A stretch of DNA of 64,000 nt from contig CBDCDQ010000002.1 of the NCBI GenBank assembly GCA_965215415.1, forward strand, positions 1,335-65,334, read 5' to 3'. Positions within the stretch are counted from its first letter, which is position 1. The number at the start of each line of letters is the position of its first letter. A program made the position numbers and the translations under genes. Shown here piece after piece: positions 19,842 to 29,754 of the stretch. Source of the DNA: Acidobacteriaceae bacterium. Its GTDB lineage: Bacteria; Acidobacteriota; Terriglobia; Terriglobales; Acidobacteriaceae. Below the pieces are notes generated by a model that did no database searches, was not told the DNA's origin, and saw only the letters and a program-made list of their open reading frames with translations.

Positions 19842-21245
19842 ATGAAGGGGGCGGGCGTGCTCGCGGTGCGGCAGGTGCTTGTGCACGGCGCCAACGTGAT
19901 TGGCAGCATTACGCTGGCGCGCATGCTGAGCCCAGCCGATTATGGGCTCTTCGCCATCGTCAATTTCCTCGTCCTGTTTTTGGGCACGTTTGGCGGAACC
20001 GGACTGGCCGCCAATCTGATTCGCGAACATCCGGAGCCGGGCCCCGCTATCTACAGGGCGGTTTATTCATTTCAGCAGGCCTTCGTCGCAGCGTTTGCTG
20101 TGATTCTGTGGCTTGCCTTATCGTTTCTGAGCGCGAGATATCACCTCAGCGGCAGCCAGATTCTGCTCTTCCGACTGACCGCGATCAGCCTTGTCGCTAC
20201 AACGTACATGGTGCCTTCGCAGATCGAGATGGAGCGGCGACTGGACTTTACCAGCCTGGCCGTGGTCGAGACCGTGCAGGCCCTGCTGTTCAACGGAATC
20301 ACAGTATTGCTGGCGTGGAAGGGCCTCGGTGCGCTCTCATTCGGCATTGGCCTGGTGGTCCGCAGTGTTGCGGGTACGCTGGTGGCCCTGATGCTGCAGC
20401 CTGTCAGCATGGGGTGGCGCTTCGACTGGAAGATGGCGAGCCCACATCTTCGTTTTGGGCTCTTCTATCAGGGATCGCAGATCGTCTCGGTTTTTAAGGA
20501 CAGCATTACGCCGGTGCTCATCGGTTTTCTGTTCGGTCCGACCGGCGTTGGGTATATCAGCTGGTCTTCCGTAACGGCGGCTTACCCTGTTCTGGCGCTG
20601 ATTGTGCTGCAGCGGCTTTATCTGCCGCTCTTTGCCAAGCTGCAACACGATCTCACGCACTTCGGCATGGTTCTCGAACAGATCATCTGGGCGACCAATG
20701 CTTTCGCCGCGCCACTCGCCGTCCTTGAACTTGTGCTGATTCGTCCGATCACCAAGATCGTGTTCGGGGACAAGTGGCTGGTGGCGTTGCCGCTGTTTTA
20801 CTTCTTCTGGCTGGCCAATCTGTTCGTCCCGACCGCAACCCCGGTGCAGACCGTGTTGAACGCTTTGGGAAAGGCGCGGCTTTCGCTAGCGATTGCAACG
20901 ATGTGGATGCTGCTTACCTGGGGTATTGGATGGCCGCTCGCCCTATCGCATGGCCTGCCGGGTCTGGCGATTGCCAATGCCGCGGTTCAGCTGAGCAATC
21001 TGATTCTCTATCGGATTGTGCAGCGGTATCTGCCCTTCCGCGTTGTCCGCGTTATTCTGATCCCCTGGGCGCTTGCCTTGGTGACCGGAGCGACGCTATG
21101 GCTGGTCCTTCGGCATCACATGCCGGGCACGCTTTCGTGGTTGATCGTCTCAGCGGGATTGGCCATGACGTTTTATATCGGTCTGCTCTTCCTCGTGCAG
21201 GGTCACCGCATCGGAAATCTTCGCAGGCTTGCGAGAGGCTCCTAG
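19842..21245 (+). CDS. wzx: oligosaccharide flippase (Wzx / polysaccharide biosynthesis protein family)
   Basis: 467 aa, polytopic membrane protein with the typical N-terminus ...GSITLARMLSPADYGLFAIV.... Confidence 0.8.
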   Translation: MKGAGVLAVRQVLVHGANVIGSITLARMLSPADYGLFAIVNFLVLFLGTFGGTGLAANLIREHPEPGPAIYRAVYSFQQAFVAAFAVILWLALSFLSARYHLSGSQILLFRLTAISLVATTYMVPSQIEMERRLDFTSLAVVETVQALLFNGITVLLAWKGLGALSFGIGLVVRSVAGTLVALMLQPVSMGWRFDWKMASPHLRFGLFYQGSQIVSVFKDSITPVLIGFLFGPTGVGYISWSSVTAAYPVLALIVLQRLYLPLFAKLQHDLTHFGMVLEQIIWATNAFAAPLAVLELVLIRPITKIVFGDKWLVALPLFYFFWLANLFVPTATPVQTVLNALGKARLSLAIATMWMLLTWGIGWPLALSHGLPGLAIANAAVQLSNLILYRIVQRYLPFRVVRVILIPWALALVTGATLWLVLRHHMPGTLSWLIVSAGLAMTFYIGLLFLVQGHRIGNLRRLARGS

Positions 21246-21302
21246 GCGGCGTTCACTTCCGAATGATCTACTACGCTTCAGCAGCGAACTGGGCAGGCTC
21301 TT

Positions 21303-22528
21303 TTGTCAAAGCTTTACGTCTTCTATCACTTTTTCTATCCGGATCAGGTCGTGAGCTCGGTACTCTTCAGCGAGCTGTTTTGCGGGCTGGCTGAGCTTGG
21401 CTGGCAGGTGACTGCGTTTCCGAGCAACCGGAACAGCACGAGCCCGGAGGTCTGTCCGGCGGTTGAGAGCCGGCATGAGATCACGATTAGAAGACTCTGG
21501 CGGCCGGCATGGCGGCAGGCCAGCACGAAAGGGTAGAGTCCAGAATGCAGCCTGGATGATTGCGCGGTGATCTCTGCTGGCGCTGCAGTGGAAGAGCCCA
21601 CCCGACGTGATTCTTCTCGGAACCGATCCGATCCTCAGCGTTCTCATCGCGCCCGTGTGGAAGCTTTTTCATCCCGCAACGAAGATCGTGCAATGGTCTT
21701 TCGATCTTTATCCGGAAGCAGCTTATGCGGATGGAATCATGGATCGGGACACGTCGCTCGCGCATCTCCTGACGTGGCTGGTACGTTGGGCATATCGTGC
21801 CTGCGACGTGGTTGTGGACATCGGCGCCTGCATGCGGCAACTGCTGCTTCAGCACGACAGCACGATGCAGGTGACGACCCTGGTTCCCTGGGCTTTGTTC
21901 GAGCCGGATCACCCGGTTGCGGCCCCCACGCACGAGCGGGCTGAGATGTTTGGAGATACCAGGCTCGCCCTTCTGTATAGCGGAAGCTTTGGCCGTGCCC
22001 ATGAGTACGAGAGCATGCTTGAGTTGATGCGGCATTTGAGGGACAGCCCGACAAGGCTGGCCTTGAGCGTCAAGGGCAACCGCGAACACGCGTTGCGGGC
22101 CGCGGTTCTGCCGGAAGACACCAACGTCCGTTTCGTTCCGCCCGTTGCCGCATCCGGGCTCGAGCAGCGCCTTGCCAGCGCGGATATCCCATTTTGTCAG
22201 TCTTCGCAAAGAGTGGACTGGCGCGGTCGTACCGTCCAAGTTCTTCGGTGCGCTGGCGACTGGACGGCCCGTGATCTTCTGCGGAAGTCGAGACTCGTCC
22301 CTTGCACAATGGATTGAAAGATATAACGTCGGCTGGGTGCTGGAACCTGGCGTCGCCGCGCGGGTGGCGGAGAGCCTGCGGAACGTCATCAGCGATGGCC
22401 GGTTTCTCGGTGAGATGAAAGAGCGTTGCTTCCAGGTCTATCAGGAACAATTTTCGCGGACACGAACCATTGCGGAATGGGACCGCTTGCTTCGCGGGTT
22501 GGTGTCTCGCGCTGAACGCCGGCCTTAG
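21303..22528 (+). pseudogene. GT4-type (WcaI-like) glycosyltransferase, inactivated by two +1 frameshifts and one in-frame TGA
   Basis: Three ORF pieces in three frames (21303.., 21607.., 22145..). The sense reading STKG|RVQNAAWMIAR*SLLALQWKSPPDVILLGTDP needs an extra T at about 21534 and has a TGA at 21568-21570. ...LASADI|HFVSLRKEWTGAVVPSKFFGALATGRPVIF needs an extra C at about 22189. Confidence 0.75.
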
Positions 22529-23634
22529 ATTAGGCTACGGTAGACCTGCAGCGTTTGCTCTACCGTGGCGTCCCAGCGGTATTTCCGCACATGCTCCAAT
22601 CCTTTGGCGACCATGTCGCGGCGCGCTGGTTCATCCTGGAGAGCTGCTTTTAGCTGATGGATGAAATCCTCCGGGCTCTGTGGATCGAAGTAGAGAGCCG
22701 CGTCGCCACACACCTCGGTCGTTGCCGGGCTTGCCGCGACGAGAACAGGAGTTCCCGACTGCATCGCTTCAAGAGGGGGGAGACCGAATCCCTCGTAGAA
22801 CGAGGGGTACACCAGGAGACGGGTCTGGGCGTATGCCTCTGCAAGCAGCCCCGGGGAAGCAAAGGGAACCGACACGATGCGGTCTTCGAGAGAGAGAGCG
22901 CGAACGAGCCTATGTTCGTGGTGAGAGAAAGCTCCTCCACCAAGTACCAGGAGTCGATACGTTGACTGGAGGCCGCTATGGGCAAATGCCTTGAGAAAGC
23001 CGTCAAAGTTCTTGTAGGAGGCACGTATGCCGACGTAGAGAAGAAACGGTTGTGCGATCGCTCTGGCGAGTTCAACGGCTCCGTCTTCGGAGCGGATCAT
23101 AGGGCTCACGCCGTTGTAGATCACCGTGCAGCGGCCTGGCTCGACGCCGTAGAACGATTCCAGATCCGCGCGGCTCGACTCCGACACGCAGAGCACCCGG
23201 TCAGCCTTCCGGAACATCTTCCGCTTGGCGGCGATGATCCTTGCAGCGTCGGGAAACAACTCGGGGAATCGTTCCTGCACACAGTCGTGGTGGGTCGCGA
23301 TGTAGCGCCGGGCGCGAACACCGGGCATGAACCGGTAGAGTGTGTTGTGGTAAAGATCGAAGGGCCCCCGGCACAGAGCAACGGGGTTGAGGAGGAGTTC
23401 ATTCAGCGCATAGGTTGGCATTCCTCCTGAGAAGACACGCTTGCCCCAATGCATCAGTTTTCCGTTTGGACGGGAGGCCTCCCGCATCGGCCAGGCGGTA
23501 CTGGAGAAGCCGAGCAGGGTCTCAGGATGAACTCCATCCACCTGGCTGAGATGTCGCACCAGTTCATAGAAAGACCGTGTGATTCCGCCGGTATTTTGCA
23601 AAGAAAAAGCTTGGTGGTCGAAGAGAATGCGCAT
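22525..23634 (-). CDS. glycosyltransferase family 4 (GT1-fold)
   Basis: Real start at MRILFDHQAFSLQNTGGITRSF... (ATG 23634). The C-terminal ...YPSFYEGFGLPPLEAMQSGTPV... is a typical E(x7)E GT4 motif. The upstream 161-codon extension in the ORF track is implausible. Confidence 0.9.
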   Translation of the reverse strand: MRILFDHQAFSLQNTGGITRSFYELVRHLSQVDGVHPETLLGFSSTAWPMREASRPNGKLMHWGKRVFSGGMPTYALNELLLNPVALCRGPFDLYHNTLYRFMPGVRARRYIATHHDCVQERFPELFPDAARIIAAKRKMFRKADRVLCVSESSRADLESFYGVEPGRCTVIYNGVSPMIRSEDGAVELARAIAQPFLLYVGIRASYKNFDGFLKAFAHSGLQSTYRLLVLGGGAFSHHEHRLVRALSLEDRIVSVPFASPGLLAEAYAQTRLLVYPSFYEGFGLPPLEAMQSGTPVLVAASPATTEVCGDAALYFDPQSPEDFIHQLKAALQDEPARRDMVAKGLEHVRKYRWDATVEQTLQVYRSLI

Positions 23635-23700
23635 GAACGGTCTGAAGGAGATTTTTACACGCGAGACGCCATGGGAGCCCGTGAAAGAATCGATGCGAGT

Positions 23701-24876
23701 ATGCGTCTGTCGCTCCCCACATTTCGGCCACCGGCCGCAGCATGGAACCTGCCGTCGCTTCTGCGATGGCAGATACCCTCCATCCCCCGGTACCGCTTTT
23801 CGTTGCGCCGGCCCGCCTCGGAGTGGATTCTGATCGGGACATTCTTCCTGTACACCGCACTGAGTGCCTATACCTACTTTGCCTACGTGGAGCCCTGGAT
23901 CAGAGGAGCCACGGCGATTCGGATCGGCGCCGACTCGGACCGCTACTGGGACGCAGTGATCGCCGCCAGGAACGGCAATGGCGAGGCGTTGATTACGCTC
24001 GAGAGCAACTTCCTGGGGCCTGTGTTGATCGGGCTGCTGATGGGAAATGGCTTCGTCGTCTTCTGCTTTAATTCGCTTCTGTTTGTGACAGCGATGAAGG
24101 TCGCCGGCTCGATCCAAGGGGTGAATAAAACAGTTTTTGGTTGGCTGGTCCTGCTTAATGCCGAGCTTCTGCCCTCGTTGACGACTCTCAACAAGGAGAT
24201 TCTCGCCTTGTTCGCAGCTGTGCTGACGGCCAAGTACCTTCTTGCGCCACGCAGATCAATCGCCCTGCTGGGACTGACTCTTGTCATGTCCTTCTTGGCC
24301 CGGTGGGAGCAGGCGGTCGTCCTTCTGCTCTTCCTCGTCCTCGCCCATACCGCACTGCGGACAAGGCCCAAGCTGACCCTTTTGCTGCTTGTGATTGGGA
24401 TGTCTGTCGGGTATCCTCTGGTCTTTTCCATCTTTCATGTAGACCCGGCGATCTTTGATTACCTTCTCCAGGGTGCAAACACCATCGTTCGAATGAATAG
24501 CATTCAGGCCGCGGGAGGCTTCTTCCTTGTGGTCGTTCCCAAGATCTTCATGACGATGGCGGGGCGGCTGGGGCAGCCCTGGGTCTATTGGAGTGGTGAT
24601 TTTCTGAAGGATGGATTGCTGGATCCCCAACAGGAGATCTTTCAGCCTCTGGGGTGTCTTGCCTTTCTGGGGGTCTTTGCGTACGCGTGCCTGCGACGAA
24701 AGTTACCGCTTCGGCGACCCATTCCCATGCTGATCGCTCTTACGTTGATTGTCTCCGCTCTACCGCCGTTTATTCAGCCCAGGTACCTGTTTGCGGCGTA
24801 TGTGCTCCTCTGCCTTGTCATTGCCAGGCAGCCTCAAGAGTCTCCGGGTCTGGTTGAGCCCACGCGGTCGGTGTGA
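23701..24876 (+). CDS. polytopic membrane protein, candidate Wzy-type polymerase
   Basis: About 10 predicted TM segments. ATG at 23701 (MRLSLPTF...), 66 bp from the divergent GT4 start. Function is inferred from position in the EPS locus only. Confidence 0.55.
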   Translation: MRLSLPTFRPPAAAWNLPSLLRWQIPSIPRYRFSLRRPASEWILIGTFFLYTALSAYTYFAYVEPWIRGATAIRIGADSDRYWDAVIAARNGNGEALITLESNFLGPVLIGLLMGNGFVVFCFNSLLFVTAMKVAGSIQGVNKTVFGWLVLLNAELLPSLTTLNKEILALFAAVLTAKYLLAPRRSIALLGLTLVMSFLARWEQAVVLLLFLVLAHTALRTRPKLTLLLLVIGMSVGYPLVFSIFHVDPAIFDYLLQGANTIVRMNSIQAAGGFFLVVVPKIFMTMAGRLGQPWVYWSGDFLKDGLLDPQQEIFQPLGCLAFLGVFAYACLRRKLPLRRPIPMLIALTLIVSALPPFIQPRYLFAAYVLLCLVIARQPQESPGLVEPTRSV

Positions 24877-25796
24877 CTCACGAGCGGTATGCTGCGGTTG
24901 GCAAGCTCCAGCGCCCACAGCGTGTTTGCCTGCTCATTGTTGAGCAGCAGGCGCTGGCTTAGAGAACGAAGCGTTAGTCTCGCAAACGCCTTATTGCGGA
25001 ATCTTCGATACTGGCGGGCTGCACGCGCGGCGAGTACGAGATTATGAGCTGCGTTTGAAAAAAGCGAATGGAACCTCCGCGAAAAAAGGTTCTCCGCGGC
25101 AAGAAAGCTGATGTACCGCTCCGGACTCATGGCTTCGTCATAGCTGGAGTTCGCGATGGAATGCTGGATAGTCAGATCTGCTGCAACGTACATCACGTAG
25201 CCTTCTTGATAGAGCCGGTGAAAGACATACTGATCCGATAGGTCGAGCCAGAACAGATCGCTATAGCCAGAGATAGCACGCAGCGCCGAGACGCGCATCA
25301 GTGTTCCGCTGTTGATCGCAAAGCCGGGCTCCTCGAAGATTCCGGCATGGGCTTCCAGGATTTGCGAGCTCCGCAACGTCCACCCTGCGCGCCGCGGCGA
25401 TACCAGCATCGCCTGACACCGCACCATTGGGACGATAGCGGCGACCCGTGCGTCTGAGCCGAGAAGATGACTATAGGCGAGCATGCGGGACAGATATCCC
25501 GCAGGCAGAACGGTATCCTGATCCAAGAGCAGTAACCAGGAGCATCCAAGAGCTTCAGTTCGCTCCAGAGCGCCGTTGTAGGCGCCTGAGACTCCGCCGT
25601 TTCGCTCGGCGTGCTGATAGTGAAAACAGTCTGGGAGTTCGTCCGTGCTCAGAGGCTCTGGGCTGTTATCCCAGAGAAGGATGTGCAGGTCTGCGCGGAG
25701 TTTTGGAGTGTGCTGACACTCTGCATGCAGGCTTTGCAGGGTGGCTGACTCGCTTAGTGGAAGCTTGTAGCGAACGACGACAACGACAATCTCCAT
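24834..25796 (-). CDS. glycosyltransferase family 2
   Basis: MEIVVVVVRYKLPLSES...LLWDNSP...GGVSGAYNGALERTEALGCSWLLLLDQD are GT2 DxD-type motifs. Confidence 0.85.
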   Translation of the reverse strand: MEIVVVVVRYKLPLSESATLQSLHAECQHTPKLRADLHILLWDNSPEPLSTDELPDCFHYQHAERNGGVSGAYNGALERTEALGCSWLLLLDQDTVLPAGYLSRMLAYSHLLGSDARVAAIVPMVRCQAMLVSPRRAGWTLRSSQILEAHAGIFEEPGFAINSGTLMRVSALRAISGYSDLFWLDLSDQYVFHRLYQEGYVMYVAADLTIQHSIANSSYDEAMSPERYISFLAAENLFSRRFHSLFSNAAHNLVLAARAARQYRRFRNKAFARLTLRSLSQRLLLNNEQANTLWALELANRSIPLVSHTDRVGSTRPGDS

Positions 25797-26629
25797 ACAC
25801 CAACCTTGCTCCTAGTTCGAACCTGGCAGGCATTGGCAAAGATGCCAGGACGAGACGCCAGGTCGCGGTATCGCCCAACGCGAGTCGGCACCCTAAGCTT
25901 TTTGCAGATCGCCAACAGCCTCACAAAGTGCGGCGGCGAACGTCCGGTCCAGTTCCAGCTTCCATAACCGCTCTGTCCGCAGCGGTAGAGCCGCTATCCC
26001 TATGCTTATACCGGAACCGATGACCACACCTTCCTCGCTTCCAATGCCAATCGCTTGTGTACTGAGGTTAATATGTCGAAACTTGATGATGTGGTGTCTC
26101 CCAGGGGCCGTTGTGAGAATTACGGAGCAAGTGGGCTGGAATCGCTATATGGGCACAGTGTTTCGGGCACGGCAAGATGCTTTGTGCCATCGTTGATCAT
26201 CGCAAGCACTGAGGTGAGACTCCATGCACGCAGCCACGTCCCTGCTCTTACTGTCCAGAAGCTTGGGTAAAGCATGGTAGTACCGGAAAGTATCCCGGCT
26301 TAAGCCCTCTCTGCCAAAGGTGAATGGGGTTTCTGACCCTGAGCGGACTTTACATGTTTTCCCGGCTCCGGGGATCGAGAAGACCGGCAAGGGCAGCCGG
26401 GCGCAGAAGCTGTCCGTTAGTCTTTACCAGCAGAGGTTTTGGAAGCTTTGCGAAGAAATTCTTCAGATTGCATGCCGAAAACGTTGAGGTGACGCATTCT
26501 TGCCGGAATTGGACGCACTTTCGTGCCGTTGCTTAGGCGCTCTCTCTAATCTGGTCTTGGAGGTATGTACTAAATGTAGCCTGTATACGATAACGGACGT
26601 TATCGGATGTATATGGAGGGCAGCGACGG

Positions 26630-26953
26630 ATGAGGAAGAATTCGAGGATTGCAGTGTGGAGACGTGGGATTGGCATCGCTTGCACCGTCGCGGGTCTGAT
26701 GCTGTTCGCTGCTGCTCTCTTCGGCTACCTGCGATACACCAATCTCAATGATGCCCATATGCAGGAGCGACTTCAACACGCTCAGTTGCTGAACCAGCTC
26801 TGGCAGGCCACTTTCTTCGGTTCGATGGTGCTTGCCGTCCTTTTGCTGTTCGGATTGGGTTGGAGTCGCTGGGTGGGGCTCTTAGCGAACATCGGTTCCA
26901 TTCTCTGCGCCATGATGACCTTGGGAGCGATGTGTGGACCTTACAACTGCTAG
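26630..26953 (+). CDS. small membrane protein (3 TM), hypothetical
   Basis: ORF with three hydrophobic helices; no recognisable family. Confidence 0.3.
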   Translation: MRKNSRIAVWRRGIGIACTVAGLMLFAAALFGYLRYTNLNDAHMQERLQHAQLLNQLWQATFFGSMVLAVLLLFGLGWSRWVGLLANIGSILCAMMTLGAMCGPYNC

Positions 26954-27907
26954 GGATGCATCGCGATCGGTCAAGATCTATTCGAGCAAGCTGCCTACGC
27001 TCTTTCAGACCATGCCCGAGGCTGGCCGCCGCTTTTGGGAGTTCTTCACCGTCAACATACGCACCCGAACACCCGGCGGGCGTACTTCAAAGCAGTCGAG
27101 GGCTTCGCCGCCTGGTGTGAGGAGAGAGGTCTCGGAGATCTGGCCGAGGTAACGCCGATGCACGTCGCCGCGTACGTCGAACAGCTCGGCCGCACGCACT
27201 CAAAACCCACCGTCAAACAACACCTGGCCGCGATCCGGATGCTCTTCGATTGGCTTGTGACCGGGCACATCATGGAGACGAACCCCGCTCATGCGGTACG
27301 GGGACCGAAGCACAGCGTCCGCAAAGGCAAGACCTCTGTCCTCTCGGCCGACGAGATGCGTGAACTGCTGGCCGCGATCGACACCACTTCCTTGATCGGG
27401 CTCCGCGACCGTGCTTTAATCGCCCTCATGGGGTACACCTTCGCCCGCGTCGGCGCAGCTACCGGAATGAAGGTCCAAGACTTCTATGTGCAGAAACGCC
27501 GCGGCTGGGTGCGGCTCCACGAGAAGGGAGGCAAGGTGACCGAGCTTCCCTGCCATCACAACCTGGACCAGTATTTAGAGGAGTGGGTTGCGGCGTCCGG
27601 TCTCGGCTCCGAACCCGGAGCTCCGCTCTTCCCTACCCTGCGTTATGGCCGGCTGACCGATCGTACTTTCCTGCCCCAGGCCAATGTCCACATGATGATT
27701 CAGCGGCGGGCGCGAGCTGCGGGACTGCGAACGAAAATCAGCGCCCACAGCTTTCGCGCGACCGGGATCACCACCTACCTGCAGAACGGCGGCAAGCTGG
27801 AGATCGCCCAACAGATGGCCGGCCATGAGTCGGCGCGAACCACCGGGCTTTACGACCGTCGCAACGACGAAGTTGCGCTCGATGAAGTAGAGCGGATTGC
27901 GTACTGA
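26934..27907 (+). pseudogene. tyrosine recombinase/integrase with a 1-nt deletion in an Asn codon (about 27063)
   Basis: Frame 0 reads ...LPTLFQTMPEAGRRFWEFFTVNIR. Frame 2 continues PNTRRAYFKAVEGFAAWCEERGL... through HSFRATGITTYL and GHESARTTGLYDRR (catalytic Tyr region). The paralogue at 1-177 reads HIRNPNTRRAY without interruption. Confidence 0.8.
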
Positions 27908-28049
27908 GCATAAAAGCCTGCTGTTTCAGCTTTATCCCCTGAATCTCATCCAAGAGATGCAGGGCAAGCTTCGGCTCCCCTTCTGCATTCGATCTCCATG
28001 CCCCACATAGTTGAAGAAACGTTCAACGTTCTGGTTTACCTCCCCAGCG

Positions 28050-28992
28050 TCATGGATGCTCGTTAAGTTGACTTTCGGACGTCCTATTATGCTGCGTCGC
28101 CGCATACAAAATCGCTAGCGCTGCCGAATAGAAGGCCATCCAGTGTCCAGATAATCCTCTCCAAACCTCAGCCGTTGGATTCTCCCCACCGTGCCCACCC
28201 GGGGCGTTCATCATAAACAGTAGAAAGTTCACCAGCGCATAACCCATAAATCCGTGGACCCATGTAACGCATCCAAGTCGGCGAATTCTTCAGAATCACC
28301 TTCCACAGATCCTTTCGGTTCATGTTGCCTATAAATCTTTGAGCAACAAAGACTGCTGGAAACCACACGACAAAGATTCCGATATGCAAAATCTAGAAAA
28401 GCGGTTCAGTAGCGACTCGCCGACCCATGACTGCTCCGAGATGAACCCAGAGGCTGACGACGAGTCCAACGCAGGAGAGCGAAATAAATACCCAAAGAAA
28501 GGGCTTAAGCCACTTCGGCACAGAGCTTTCCGCCCGCGCCCATTCAACTACAGCTGCTGGACGCCTTCGGAGCATCTCTTCCACATCGTGTTCAAGCAAT
28601 AGAGACTGGGAAGGATCGGCGGGGCTACGCCGAATTGTCACCACTCTACATGCAAGATCACGAGCGAAGCTGTAAGCCCCATGCTCAGTGGAAAATTCTC
28701 GCTTATAGAGCCCTTGATATATCGTGTCCCTCAAGGAATACGAATACCTTGCGACGAAGTGGCCTCGCCGAGTGGTGAATGAAAACCCGGGCTTTGGCAC
28801 GTCTTCCCATTCAATTCGCCCCTCTTGGACAGCCCAGTTCCCTACCCTTTGTCGCTGTAGCCAATCCCAACTAGGTTTTACGAGTCCCGAGACAGCAAAC
28901 GCCACCCAGACGTAAATGAACCAAGGCCACGTTGCCGGTTTAGCCCAATGAGCAGGGCGGTCACCAAGGATCGACGATGGAACAACGTTCAT
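28050..28992 (-). pseudogene. DUF3592-like membrane protein gene broken by an in-frame TAG (28393-28395) and a downstream frameshift
   Basis: 199-aa ORF (TM, then beta-rich domain ...GRIEWEDV...FVARYSYSLRDTIYQGLY...). It continues in the same frame after the TAG as ILHIGIFVVWFPAVFVAQRF..., then shifts frame near 28250 to ...GYALVNFLLFMMNAPGG.... Confidence 0.5.
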
Positions 28993-29088
28993 GTTCTCTG
29001 ATCTGCTTAGGTCGTGGGAGCGAATTTAGGAGCCTGCCGCAAGTGTACGGCTCAGTGCGCCACAACAAGGTATCGTTCCCGATACGCC

Positions 29089-29139
29089 ATGACGCATTTA
29101 CGTCGCGACGTTTTGACGTTGTGGCATCATGACGTCATG
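29089..29139. promoter_or_regulatory. cluster of TGACG-core palindromes upstream of and overlapping the parA start (operator, centromere or iteron candidates)
   Basis: Perfect palindromes ACGTCGCGACGT (29100-29111) and CATGACGTCATG (29128-29139), plus extra TGACG copies at 29090 and 29114. Confidence 0.55.
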
Positions 29140-29754
29140 AAGTCAATTGCATTCCTCAGCCAAAAAGGTGGAAGCGGCAAGACGACGCTTGCAGTCCATA
29201 CGGCGGTTGCAGCCCAGGAGGCTCGGGAAAAGGTGTTCCTGATCGATACGGACCCTCAGAAGTCCGCGACCGTCTGGGGAGATGCCCGGGAAGCCGAGAT
29301 CCCTGTGGTCGTTACCATCTCTGCCGGTGAACTCGATAAGGTGCTGAAAGCGGGTGCTGTGGACAAGATGACCCTCGCGATCATCGACACCGCGCCACAT
29401 ACCGCACCCGATGCCGCCCGAATCGCGAAGTCTGTCGATTTGGTCGTGATTCCCTGCCGCCCAACCGCTTTTGACTTGGCTGCTGTCAGCAATGCAGTCG
29501 AAATTATCCGCGCAGCTAAAAAGAAGGCTGTTCTGGTTCTCTCAGCTTGCCCATTCCGCTCCCCTGAGATCGCCGAGACCAGGGCCGTCCTGGAGCAGTA
29601 CGGGTTGCCGGTGTGTCCCTCTGACATCACTGATCGCCGAGCCTTTGCACGAGCCGTGGCAACCGGCCGAGCCGTCACTGAGTTCGAAGCAGACGGTAAG
29701 GCAGCACAGGAAATTCAAGAACTTTGGAAATGGCTAAAGGAGCAGCTGAGATGA
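29137..29754 (+). CDS. parA: ParA-family partition ATPase (small type Ib)
   Basis: MKSIAFLSQKGGSGKTTLAVH...FLIDTDPQKS... carries a deviant Walker A. The upstream part of ORF 29014.. is non-protein-like. Confidence 0.9.
   Translation: MKSIAFLSQKGGSGKTTLAVHTAVAAQEAREKVFLIDTDPQKSATVWGDAREAEIPVVVTISAGELDKVLKAGAVDKMTLAIIDTAPHTAPDAARIAKSVDLVVIPCRPTAFDLAAVSNAVEIIRAAKKKAVLVLSACPFRSPEIAETRAVLEQYGLPVCPSDITDRRAFARAVATGRAVTEFEADGKAAQEIQELWKWLKEQLR

Noticed and set aside
18602-19924. 440-aa ORF on the minus strand
   Set aside because: It is entirely antisense to the Wzz-like gene. The translation is Arg/Pro/Gly/His-rich with no motifs, the typical shadow ORF of high-GC DNA.
23635-24117. 161-codon N-terminal extension of the GT4 ORF (22525..24117)
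   Set aside because: The extension overlaps the divergent membrane-protein gene and reads as junk. GT4 homologues begin at MRILFDHQ...
25448-26023. 191-aa plus-strand ORF
   Set aside because: Its first half is antisense to the GT2 gene and the sequence is Arg-rich with no motifs.
29014-29136. 41-codon N-terminal extension of parA
   Set aside because: ParA proteins of this class start right before the KGG Walker A. The extension covers the palindromic operator region.
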